A DNA stretch of 64,000 nt from Ostrea edulis (Eukaryota): assembly GCF_947568905.1 (NCBI RefSeq), contig NC_079164.1, positions 3,596,001 through 3,660,000 of the forward strand. The letters are read 5' to 3'. Shown in pieces: positions 24,106 through 38,000 of this stretch. Below the pieces are notes generated by a model. It did no database searches. It was not told where the DNA came from and saw only the letters and a program-made list of their open reading frames with translations. The position numbers and the translations under genes were made by a program. How positions within the stretch are numbered: the first letter of the stretch is position 1; every line of letters begins with the position of its first letter.

Positions 24106-24254
24106 CAATCTAATTAAAATAGATCTTCCATCCGCTCCCCAGTTTTCGATACCACACGACGTTTTAATTAGTTTAATTAGATTGAACAATTATTATAATT
24201 ATGTTTATGAATGTTAAGGTGGCTCATTACACTGAAATTTTATTTAAGTCGTAG

Positions 24255-24880
24255 TATCAGTTAATAGGAAAACCTTGAAGGCAGAATACAGACCAAACTA
24301 TTAGGCTAGGACCGTTAAACTTGGTACACACCTTTTGTTCAAGGTTAGAGGTCAAGGTCATATTTTCAGTTGATAAGAAACCTTGTAGGCAAAATACAGA
24401 CTGAACTGTTATTGGGGCTAGGACTGTCAAACTTGGTATACATACTCCTCATGCAAACGGAGGATGCTTATTGTTTCTCGAGGTCTAAGATCAAGGCCGT
24501 AGTATCACTTAATAGGAAAACCTTGTAGGCAGAATACAGACTGAACCTTTGGGGCTAGGATTGTCAAACCTGATGCACATACACCCTATGCCAAGCGGAG
24601 GTCCAGGTATCACTTGGTAGAAAAACCTTGTTTTCGTTGTAGATACAGATATTGCCCTGAAATTTAGTCACAGGCTTCCTCTTGGAAGGAATATAAGTTC
24701 AGTTTGAATTTCAGCTGGATTGGTACACCACAACCTACTTTACAGGAAAAAGTAGGTCAAACAATTTTCCAGATTTTTGTTCGTTTTGAATAAAAGGTTG
24801 CAATGAAATTTTGTCACAACCTCCCTCTCCGAGAAGTACATCTTCAGTTCACATTTCAACTTCATTGGTGCACCATGACC
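24255..24880. mobile_element. Interspersed repeat with GGTCAAGGTCA / AAACTTGGTACA internal monomers (Helentron-associated type)
   Basis: Degenerate monomers with AAACCTTGTAGGCAGAATACAGAC, AAACTTGGTACAC and GGTCAAGGTCA; related motifs occur near 63600-63910. Confidence 0.5.
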
Positions 24881-25278
24881 TAAGGCTTGTATCACTCTTG
24901 ATGGTGAAATCATACTTCATATGAGGCACTTTAATGAGCTATTAAATAAAATTTTGGAGTAATGAACTTCCTTAATGTATTCATGAAAAAGGCATGGTCA
25001 TGCTGTTCCCAGTTACGTGGCATTGTATGTTGGCTAATTCAAATTATCCGGATCACCAGTTTTCTAGATTCCGAATTGGTATCCTCTGAAACTGATGACA
25101 TCACAATGCATCAACGCAACGTTTTTTGTAGAAAATATCGACTGTCACAAACAAAACTGTACACAAAATATAATTTCCCCGCATGTCTGTGTTTTAGATA
25201 ATTTGGATTACATTTATTATCTTATAAATGTGGATTTAAAAATATACAAGGGGGTATATAATAATTTTATCATTACTA

Positions 25279-25375
25279 CAGTAACTTGATCTGAAGAGTT
25301 GGATCACGTCTCGTGTGATCTGATGATCCGCACCTGTCAACTCGATGTGATCTGACTCTTCGGAACAAGTTACTG
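25279..25375. mobile_element. 97-bp hairpin MITE
   Basis: CAGTAACTTGATCTGAAGAGTTGGATCAC ... GTGATCTGACTCTTCGGAACAAGTTACTG; left flank TA. Confidence 0.7.
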
Positions 25376-26063
25376 CAGTAACTATATATATGTCTTCATA
25401 TGCGCATTGTTTACAACTGCAATGCATTCATGAGTAAATGTCTATCACTACAATCGTAGATATGTCAAAGGCAAAAACACTGGAAATGTAAATATATAAT
25501 AATAAACACAAATTTTACCCGAATTTCTATCTTATAAAACCTCCGTGGATTTGAAATTGGTGTGAGGAATGAAAGCTAGATTGCTAAATTTGATAGTGAA
25601 CAAAGACTTGCAGCATCAATGACTTTTAATAAATTAAGCAACAACATTTGTACTGATACACTTTTGTAACAAAATACTGTATGAATATTCTGCAGACTTG
25701 AGGACAATGAACACAAAGAGAGCACGATTTACCTGGGACAGCTAGTACTAAATGATCGATCTTGTTAGCAATGCCAAGTCGGCAGGGATGTTTGACAAAT
25801 ATTTCCCACACAGAAGCAGCTAGTATTTCCAACACAGAAGCCTGTAGCATCACATCTACACATTCGTTATTGGAGGAATGTAAACAAAATGGAAAGAGGC
25901 GCCGTGACAATTTCATTAAAAAGAGTTCAGGATAAAAAGATCTATTCCCTCAATGATATCCGATGCCATTTCACACCCGATAAAGCACAGGAACATCCTG
26001 CAGTTTTTTCTGAGAAGGTTTTAAGACCACCCACGAAAGGAGAGATGAGAATATTGCTGATAT

Positions 26064-29000
26064 TCATTTTTCTTCCATAGACAACTTGAGGATTCTATCT
26101 AGCTCCTCCTCTTCCTGTTTCCGCAGCTTTTCATCCTCTGTCACAGTCTGCTGAGACAGTTTCAGGGCGAGTTGAAGGTCGTCGTCAAGGTTACTGCTGC
26201 TGTTTGGTTCGCTACTTATCTCCGGATAGGCTGTGTTCCCTGATTGTAGAGATAAACTTTCCGCTATTGCTCTGAAAAAGATCCATCGTTTATCGTTAAT
26301 TTAGGAGTTGTTGCCCTTGCAAAATGTACAGTATGTATTTCATTTACTACTAAAAATATACAAAAATAGTGGACATTCTTAAAGGGAATGTTACATTATT
26401 TTCCGGACATGTTTAATTTTGTAAATATGATAGAAGTTACGCAGCCTTCACTGTATCTAACTAGACATTTAGTACTAACAATCTAATATCTGTATATAAC
26501 TAGACATTTAGTACTAACAATCTAATGGGTAAACAGTAAATGGAACCCAAACAGTTGATCTTAATCAGATTGTTAGCATTGCATTCAGAAATTCTAACTT
26601 GATTTCATGCGCTTAAAAGTTTATCCAATCAATCCAGGAGAAAATTTTTCAATTGTATACCTTTGTAGAAGTGCGTCCTCCTCTCTTCTAATAGAAGGCA
26701 AAGGTCGAGAGGGCGGGGGAGGTCGGATGTTGTTTAAAGCTTCGTAAAACGTCAACTGTAATATATTACATACACAGTGTACATAAAGTTTTGAGGATTT
26801 TCACAATGAATGCAGATTTTAAAATTAGATCACTACAAGATGAAATGATAATGCCTTTCTCGGAGGACTCTACATCGGCTGATACTGGTATACAGAGCTA
26901 GGACACATTTGTTATGAATCAGATGATATTTAAAGGACTGAAATGTGTAATTAAAGGGATTATTGTGCTCTAGTAAAAATATCAGGTTAGCAGGGAAAGA
27001 AAGACCTGGACTGTATTAGGACTTTACATAAAGATCGAGGTTTTAACACTGATCAGATGCCCTAGTTAGAATCTTTGGTCAGATTCACTGCACAATGACT
27101 CGATTTCCCGGCACATCCTCCAGACTTTTAATACACAGATTTACTGCACAATGAACTCGAGCTCCCGGTACATCCTCCAGACTTTTAATACACAGATTTA
27201 CTGCACAATGAGCTCGAGCTCCCGGCACATCCTTCAGACTTTTAATACACAGATTTACTGCACAATGAGCTCGAGCTCCCGGCACATCCTTCAGACTTTT
27301 AATACACAGATTTACTGCACAATGAGCTCGAGCTCCCAACACATCCTCCAGACTTTTAATACACAGATTTACTGCACAATGAACTCGAGCTCCCGGCACA
27401 TCCTTCAGACTTTTGAAGACAATGTACCTCTTTAAATAACTCTCCAAGATAAGCTACCTGTTCTACGGGGTCAGTGTTTCCATCCATTAAACTCTGCTGA
27501 ATGGCAAACTGTAGTAGCTGGTCATCCTCGTCTCTCAATCTCTCATGGTGAATATCACCTACAGACAGACAGACAGAACTGAGTACATCATTATGAATAC
27601 TGACATTAATGCAGTCAGATGCATTGACTAGTCAATACTCCATATCTAAATAATACACAAACACTCCCAAACTCTCACAATGTTGTGTTGATATCTCTCT
27701 CACAGAAACACTCCCAAACTCTCACAATATTGTATTGATATCTCTCACACAAACACTCCCAAACTCTCACAATGTTGTATTGATATCTCTCTCACACAAA
27801 CACTCCCAAACTCTCACAATGTTGTATTGATATCTCTCTCACACAAACACTCCCAAACTCTCACAATGTTATGTTGATATCTCTCTCACAAACACTCCCA
27901 AACTCTCACAATGTTGTATTGATATCTCTCTCTCACAAACACTCCCAAACTCACACAATGTTGTATTGATATCTCTCTCACACAAACACTCACAAACTCT
28001 CACAATGTTATGTTGATATCTCTCTCACAAACACTCCCAAACTCTCACAATGTTGTGTTGATATCTCTCTCTCACAATGTTGTGTTGATATCTCTCTCAC
28101 ATAAACACTCCCAAACTCTCACAATATTGTATTGATATCTCTCTCATACAAACACTCCCAAACTCTCACAATGTTGTGTTGATATCTCTCTCTCACAAAC
28201 ACTCACAATGTTGTATTAATATCTCTCTCATACAAACACTCCCAAAATGTTGTATTAATATCTCTCTCATACAAACACTCCCAAACTCCCACAATGTTGT
28301 GTTGATATCTCTCTCACACAAACACTCCCAAACTCTCACAATGTTGTATTGATATCTCTCTCACACAAACACTCCCAAACTCTCACAATGTTGTATTGAT
28401 ATCTCTCACACAAACACTCCCAAACTCTCACAATGTTGTATTGATATCTCTCTCACACAAACACTCCCAAACTCTCACAATGTTGTATTGATATCTCTCT
28501 CACACAAACACTCACAAACTCTCACAATGTTATGTTGATATCTCTCTCACAAACACTCCCAAACTCTCACAATGTTGTATTGATATCTCTCTCTCACAAA
28601 CACTCCCAAACTCACACAATGTTGTATTGATATCTCTCTCACACAAACACTCACAAACTCTCACAATGTTATGTTGATATCTCTCTCACAAACACTCCCA
28701 AACTCTCACAATGTTGTGTTGATATCTCTCTCTCACAATGTTGTGTTGATATCTCTCTCACATAAACACTCCCAAACTCTCACAATATTGTATTGATATC
28801 TCTCTCATACAAACACTCCCAAACTCTCACAATGTTGTGTTGATATCTCTCTCTCACAAACACTCACAATGTTGTATTAATATCTCTCTCATACAAACAC
28901 TCCCAAACTCCCACAATGTTGTATTAATATCTCTCTCATACAAACACTCCCAAACTCCCACAATGTTGTGTTGATATCTCTCTCACACAAACACTCCCAA

Positions 29001-32000
29001 ACTCTCACAATGTTGTATTGATATCTCTCTCACACAAACACTCCCAAACTCTCACAATGTTGTATTGATATCACTCTAACACAAACACTCACAGACTCTC
29101 ACAATGTTGTATTGATATCACTCTCACACAAACACTCCCAAACTCTCACAATGTTGTATTGATATCTCTCTCACAAACACTCCCAAACTCTCACAATGTT
29201 GTATTGATATCTCTCTCATACAAACTCTCACAATGTTGTGTTGATATCTCTCATACAAACTCTCACAATGTTGTGTTGATATCTCTCTCACATAAACACT
29301 CCCAAACTCTCACAATGTTGTGTTGATATCTCTCATACAAACTCTCACAATGTTGTATTGATATCTCTCTCATACAAATTCACACAATGTTGTGTTGATA
29401 TCTCTCATACAAACTCACACAATGTTGTGTTGATATCTCTCATACAAACTCTCACAATGTTGTGTTGATATCTCTCTCACATAAACACTCCCAAACTCTC
29501 ACAATGTTGTGTTGATATCTCTCATACAAACTCTCACAATGTTGTGTTGATATCTCTCCCACACAAACACTCCCAAACTCTCACAATGTTGTATTGATAT
29601 CTCTCTCACACAAACACTCCCAAACTCTCACAATGTTGTATTGATATCTCTCTCACACAAACACTCCCAAACTCTCACAATGTTGTATTGATATCTCTCT
29701 CACACAAACACTCCCAAACTCTCACAATGTTGTGTTGATATCTCTCATACAAACTCTCACAATGTTGTGTTGATATCTCTCCCACACAAACACTCCCAAA
29801 CTCTCACAATGTTGTATTGATATCTCTCTCACAAACACTCCCAAACTCTCACAATGTTGTATTGATATCTCTCTCACAGAAACACTCACAAACTCTCACA
29901 ATGTTATGTTGATATCTCTCTCACAAACACTCCCAAACTCTCACAATGTTGTATTGATATCTCTCTCACACAAACACTCACAATGTTATGTTGATATCTC
30001 TCTCACAAACACTCCCAAACTCTCACAATGTTGTATTGATATCTCTCTCACACAAACACTCCCAAACTCTCACAATATTGTGTTGATATATCTCACACAA
30101 ACACTCCCAAACTCTCACAATGTTTTGTTGATATCTCTCTCACACAAACACTCCCAAACTCTCACAATGTTGTGTTGATATCTCTCTCACATAAAACATG
30201 AAATGGTAACAGATATCCAGTTTTATTTTGTCCTCACCTAATCTTCTGTACTCCGGTGGAGAGTCAAAACAGGCATCTTCCACACAGGCGGAGATTTTCT
30301 CCGAGTCCTCTATAGTAGTGACGCCGTCCACGGCAGTCTCACAGCCATTTATATTTCCAAACGTAATCCTAGCATTCAGTACATGAAACAACGGGATTTC
30401 TGTCAAAGAAAAAGTGTAATGCACTGGCATTATATTACTTAATATCTCTCTCACTTTCATTCTGCTGAAAAATGTAAAATGCAATTATTGCAGAAATATG
30501 TAAAATGCAATTATTGCAGAAATATGTAAAATGTAATTATTGCAGAAATATGTAAAATGCAATTATTGCAGAAATATGTAAAATGTAATTATTGCAGAAA
30601 TATGTAAAATGCAATTTTTGCAGAAATATGTAAAATGTAATTATTGCAGAAATATGTGAAATGCAATTATTGCAGAAATATGTAAATATATCATTGCAGA
30701 AAAATGAAATTTTGATTGTGTCTAATTCTTTAATTAAAACTGATATTTAATATCTTGTGATAGACACATCGTGTGTCTATATTAGACTGAAATATACTCC
30801 CGAGTGTAGCTGGTGATTAAATAGATAATGACGCTCAAACATGAGATTTATTTCTGGGCTATTAAGATGAATAAAAACATTTCATTGATTTCGAAAGGGT
30901 GCTATAAATTCAGTGTTACCAGATAGAAATATATAAACATTCCTCAGTAGAAAACCAACCTATCTTCACCGGAAATCCAGCTGGTAACTGCAAAGTGATA
31001 AAATCTCGCAATTTCTGAAAATGTGCATTGCTGGCAGCCATTAAGTCTATAATAGGAACAACCTGTTCTTGTAGCGATAGCGGGTAGTTTTCACACAGCC
31101 ACAGAGTCGCTTTAAACTTCTGAGTCTTTTTCGATTGCTCGATCGGACGGCCAATATCACGATCTCCCAGATCCACAAGTCTACTGAAGTATTCTTCTTT
31201 TGTGATAGAACTGGGATTATAAGTTAGGGAGGACACATCCTACAAAACAGAAACAATTAGATGGACCACATTGCTCACCTGACCAGCTATTAAATATATA
31301 AACCTCTATAGTGTCCACTAATGACGAGCATGGTGTGTATAAACTTGAAATTTACAATATAATACAGATGTCAACAAATTAAATTATAGCACATATGGTT
31401 CTCAAGAAGATTTTAAAGATATTCTTATGTAAAACTTTAATCCTCATCTCAACTGTTGTCCCAGGGAGTGATGACTCATGTATGGGCTAAGCCTGCTGCC
31501 TAATTTCCATCAATTTATTGACTAGATACATATATAGGCTAAGCCTGCTGCATAATCCCATCAATTCATTGACTAGATACATAATATATAGACTAATCCC
31601 ATCAATTCATTGACTAGATAGATATATAGACTAATCCCATCAATTCATTGACTAGATACATATATAATTTCTACAACACTAAACCTTTGATCACAATTAC
31701 CCCATTGGTGGCCCCTTGTTTTTTGTTGTGTTCCTCAGCGACCCCCAGGAAGGACTCCAGTGGCGTCTTGTTACTTTTACTTTTGGATTTCTGCTTGTCT
31801 GCCTCGGACAAATGCTCAGTCCTTGTCTTTGTAATTAACTCCACATTTGATGCACTGAAAACCTACAACACAATTTTTGTTTCTGCTTTGTGCATCATGG
31901 CTATACTGTATATTTGTTTCTGCTTTGTGCATCATGGCTATACTGTATATTTGTTTCTGCTTTGTGCATCATGGCTGTACTGTATATTTGTTTCTGCTTT

Positions 32001-35000
32001 GTGCATCATGGCCGTACTGTATATTTGTTTTTGCTTTGTGTATCACGGTCGTACTGTGTGTTTTATTCTCAGTATACAAATAACATGTTTCTAGTTATAA
32101 CTTAAAAGTTTACCTGCATTATAATCTGTATCTAATTTCAACTGGTTACCATAGTGATGAGTACAACCTTAGTCACTGAACAGTTATATTACCATATAAA
32201 TCTCATTTCTACTTATAAACTGTAAAATCCAGGACTAGTCAGGATAAAATTACATGATTGTATTATCTTAATATGTAATCTGTAAATTCCTATCCTGTTG
32301 CACGACATGCTTTCCACAGAAAACACTCAGTTACCTTGGCATCATAACTGTTAACAACCTCTGATCTGTCACTTCTCCAGCCCCAAATTCCAGATTTATT
32401 TCTGTTCAAAAACAAGATAAATATTTTCAGATACCGGTACATGAATATAACTGGATAACAAGATAAATATTCTCAGATACCGGTACAAGAATATAACTGG
32501 ATAACAAGATAAATATTCTCAGATACCGGTACAAGAATATAACTGGATAACAAGATAAATATTCTCAGATACCGGTACAAGAATATAACTGGATAACAAG
32601 ATAAATATTCTCAGATACCGGTACAAGAATATAACTGGATAACAAGATAAATATTCTCAGATACCGGTACACGAATATAACTGGATAACAAGATAAATAT
32701 TCTCAGATACTGGTACATGAATATAACTGGATAAATATTTTCAGATACCGGTACATGAATATACATGTAACTGGATAACAAGATAAATATTCTCAGATAC
32801 CGGTACAAGAATATAACTGGATAACAAGATAAATATTCTCAGATACCGGTACATGATTATAACTGGATAAGAATAAAAATTCACCAATATAACAGAATTT
32901 GGAAAAAAGCAGTAAGTTTTCCCCAACATCAAGAAATCATATTCAACAAGATACAACAATGGAAATTCATATAGATTTTTGAAGGCAGCATTTAAGGCAT
33001 GCAGATTCTCAAAGATTGTAGAGACACAGGTGGACACGTCATATGTTTACATTAGTCTATCCAATACGTACAGCAGACACAATTTCTACCTTTACATTAG
33101 TCTATCCAATATGTACAGCAGACTCAATCTCTACCTTTACATTAGTCTATCCAATACGTACAGTAGACACAATTTCTACCTTTACATCAGTCTATCCAAT
33201 ACGTACACGAGACAGACTCAATCTCTACCTTTACATTAGTCTATCCAATACGTACACGAGACAGACACAATCTCTACCTTTACATTAGTCTATCCAATAC
33301 GTACACGAGACAGACTCAATCTCTACCTTTACATTAGTCTATCCAATACGTACAGCAGACACAATCTCTATCTTTACATTAGTCTATCCAATACGTACAG
33401 CAGACACAATTTCTACCTTTACATTAGTCTATCCAATACGTACAGCAGACACAATTTCTACCTTTACATTAGTCTATCCAATACGTACAGCAGACACAAT
33501 TTCTACCTTTACATTAGTCTATCCAATACGTACAGCAGACACAACCTCTACCTTTACATTAGTCTATCCAATACGTACAGCAGACAGACACAATTTCTAC
33601 CTTTACATTAGTCTATCCAATACGTACACGAGACAGACTCAATCTCTACCTTTACATTAGTCTATCCAATACGTACAGCAGACACAATTTCTACCTTTAC
33701 ATTAGTCTATCCAATACGTACACGAGACAGACTCAATCTCTACCTTTACATCAGTCTATCCAATACGTACACGAGACAGACTCAATCTCTACCTTTACAT
33801 TAGTCTATCCAATACGTACACGAGACAGACACAATCTCTACCTTTACATTAGTCTATCCAATACGTACAGTAGACACAATCTCTACCTTTACATTAGTCT
33901 ATCCAATACGTACAGTAGACACAATCTCTACCTTTACATCAGTCTATCCAATACGTACACGAGACAGACTCAATCTCTACCTTTACATTAGTCTATCCAA
34001 TACGTACACGAGACAGACTCAATCTCTACCTTTACATTAGTCTATCCAATACGTACAGCAGACAGACACAATTTCTACCTTTACATTAGTCTATCCAATA
34101 CGTACAGCAGACACAATCTCTACCTTTACATTAGTCTATCCAATACGTACACGAGACAGACACAATCTCTACCTTTACATTAGTCTATCCAATACGTACA
34201 GCAGACAGACACAATTTCTACCTTTACATTAGTCTATCCAATACGTACAGCAGACACAATCTCTATCTTTACATTAGTCTATCCAATACGTACAGCAGAC
34301 ACAATTTCTACCTTTACATTAGTCTATCCAATACGTACAGCAGACACAATTTCTACCTTTACATTAGTCTATCCAATACGTACAGCAGACACAATTTCTA
34401 CCTTTACATTAGTCTATCCAATACGTACAGCAGACACAACCTCTACCTTTACATTAGTCTATCCAATACGTACAGCAGACAGACACAATTTCTACCTTTA
34501 CATTAGTCTATCCAATACGTACAGCAGACACAATCTCTACCTTTACATTAGTCTATCCAATACGTACAGCAGACACAATTTCTACCTTTACATTAGTCTA
34601 TCCAATACGTACACGAGACAGACTCAATCTCTACCTTTACATCAGTCTATCCAATACGTACACGAGACAGACTCAATCTCTACCTTTACATTAGTCTATC
34701 CAATACGTACACGAGACAGACACAATCTCTACCTTTACATTAGTCTATCCAATACGTACAGTAGACACAATCTCTACCTTTACATTAGTCTATCCAATAC
34801 GTACAGTAGACACAATCTCTACCTTTACATCAGTCTATCCAATACGTACACGAGACAGACTCAATCTCTACCTTTACATTAGTCTATCCAATACGTACAC
34901 GAGACAGACTCAATCTCTACCTTTACATTAGTCTATCCAATACGTACAGCAGACAGACACAATTTCTACCTTTACATTAGTCTATCCAATACGTACAGCA

Positions 35001-38000
35001 GACACAATCTCTACCTTTACATTAGTCTATCCAATACGTACACGAGACAGACACAATCTCTACCTTTACATTAGTCTATCCAATACGTACAGCAGACAGA
35101 CACAATTTCTACCTTTACATTAGTCTATCCAATACGTACAGCAGACACAATCTCTACCTTTACATTAGTCTATCCAATACGTACAGCAGACACAATTTCT
35201 ACCTTTACATTAGTCTATCCAATACGTACAGCAGACACAATCTCTACCTTTACATTAGTCTATCCAATACGTACAGCAGACTCAATCTCTACCTTTACAT
35301 TAGTCTATCTAATACGTACAGCAGACACAACCTCTACCTTTACATTAGTCTATCCAATACGTACACGAGACAGACTCAATCTCTACCTTTCGAAGGAAAT
35401 TTTGTCGGTGTCTACATAAGTTGTGACCACGGGGTTAGTGAGTCGAGCTGCAATGGCATCCTCTGAGGGCTTCAACAGGGACATGTCAAAGTCAGCCGGT
35501 AGAATCTGCATAGTCTCGGAGAAAACCTCTCGTCTGTCATGGTCGACTTCCATAGCTATAGCTCTGTCTTCTGAAAAACATGTTCGATACGGTTACCATG
35601 ATTTCTCTATCTCTCTATCTAATATCTCTATCTCTCTATCTATCTATTGAAAGGCTGCTCATTCGTCTGAAAAACATGTACGATATGGTTACCATATTTC
35701 TCTCTCTCTCTTTCTCTCTCTCTATCTCTCTCAAAACCCTTATAGCGAAGCCCTGGGGACAAATAATTTTGATTATTTATAAATGTAATTTGTTATAATT
35801 CCAATGTTATTTATTACAAGTGTTTTGATTGGACAAAAATAAAGCTGAACAAGAGTTTATACATCAATAAATCCGAAAACGCGATGTATTCATACACGCC
35901 TGAAAACAAATAACATAGTGCGGGGAAACTATTCAAATTTTTGCAATTGTTAATGAAGTGAATGAATTGGAATTATAAAAATCAAACATTCTTTTTGAAG
36001 AATTTATCGATGTGTAAACTCCGGCCATTTTACTCACAAACTTAACATAAAAGTGCTTCACACTTTTATTCAGTTTGTGAGTAAAATGTCCAGAGTTTAC
36101 ACATCGATAAATTCTACAAAAAGAATGTTTAATCCTATAATATCTAATACTTTCACAATTTACACATATTATTCATGAAATTTTTTCACATGAATTCACA
36201 TTTGATGCTTTTTTCATGGGATATGCATGTTAAATTTCTCATGTGAATAGTATTTACCAGTGCCTTTGACAAACTATAACACAAAATAAAGGTATTTACC
36301 AGTGCCTTTGACAAACTATGACACAGAATAATGGTATTTACCAGTGCCTTTGACAAACTATGACACAGAATAATGGTATTTACCAGTGCCTTTGATAAAC
36401 TATGACACAGAATAATGGTATTTACCAGTGCCTTTGACAAACTATGACACAGAATAATAGTATTTACCAGTGCCTTTGACAAACTATGACACAGAATAAT
36501 AGTATTTACCAGTGCCTTTGACAAACTATGACACAGAATAATGGTATTTACCAGTGCCTTTGACAAACTATGACACAGAATAATGGTATTTACCAGTGCC
36601 TTTGACAAACTATGACACAGAATAATGGTATTTACCAGTGCCTTTGAAGATATAACTTCTGCTCCCTCTCTCCCAGTTCATGTTGTCAAAGCCCAGCAGT
36701 GTAGTGTCGATTCTCACATTGGACCCTGTGCATTAAAACCCAGTATGTTAATCAAAGACTAGAATTAAAGTCAATTCATTTTACAATTAACAAGTAAACT
36801 CTACTACAGTAAAACACAGTTATAGTGAACCTCCAGGGTCAGCATGAAACAGTTCATTATAACCAAACTTCATTATACAGTAAAACACAGTTATAGTGAA
36901 CCTCCAGGGTCAGCATGAAACAGTTCATTATAAACAAACTTCATTATACAGTATAACATGATTATAGCAAACCTCTAGGGCCAGCAAAAAACAATTTCTT
37001 ATAACCAAACTTTGTTATAGCCAATAAAAGTTCCGTTATTTTCCTCTTATAGTGGAATCAATATCACTTCGCAATAAGTGTGAATTTGTTACAAGCGTGA
37101 ATTTGTTACAAGTGTGTTCACTATAAGCGTGTTTAACGGTACTTATATCAATGACTCTGGTCAGCTCGGATTTTGGTGTGAGGAGGTTACTGATGTGTGA
37201 TGACACCAGAGGGTCTAAGATGCTAACCATCATAAACCTTCACATATCACCAGAATATCTAACTTGGGTAGCAGCGGTGAAGAGTCTGTGAAATCTAGCT
37301 TGGGTAGCAGTCACTGCGGTGAAGAGCCTGTGAAATCTAACTTGGGTAGCAGTGGTGAAGAGCCTGTGAAATCTAACTTGGGTAGCAGTGGTAAAGAGCC
37401 TGTGAAATCTAACTTGGGTAGCAGTGGTGAAAAGCCTGTGCATTAGCCACTACACAGACAGCAAAGTTAATTCATTACAAAACTAAAATCTTAATGATAA
37501 AATACAGAATTCAAAATAAAAAAAAATCTAAATTACTGTCAACTTTGAATTGAACAAACAGTTCATTTGCTGGGGGTATAGCTCGTGTAAAAGTGTAATT
37601 TCCCATGCATGGAAATTAACACTGATGCTGTACATTAGTAAGTTAGTACTTATCTAACACTGATGCTGTACATTAGTAAGTTAGTACTTATCACTCTAAC
37701 ACTGATGCTGTGCATTAATAAGTTAGTACTTATCACTCTAACAGTGATGCTGTACATTAATAAGTTAGTACTTAACACTTTAACACTGATGTTGCACATT
37801 AGTAAGTTAGTACTTATCACTCTAACACTGATGCTGTACATTAATAAGTTAGTACTTAACACTCTAACACTGATACTGTACATTGATAAGTTAGTACTTA
37901 ACACTCTAACACTGATGTTGTACATTAATAAGTTAGTACTTATCACTCTAACACTAATGTTGTACATTAATAAGTTAGTACTTAACACTCTAACACCTGA

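Noticed and set aside
27085-27447. 120-aa ORF with 19-aa repeats next to ANKRD13 exon 12
   Set aside because: It is a 57-bp intronic tandem repeat; the exon ends at the donor at 27458 and splices in frame to 26755.
37036-37257. Possible extra ANKRD13 exon with a repeated TTAG acceptor
   Set aside because: Exons 5 and 6 already join in frame and match homologues; much of this segment is the right end of a MITE.
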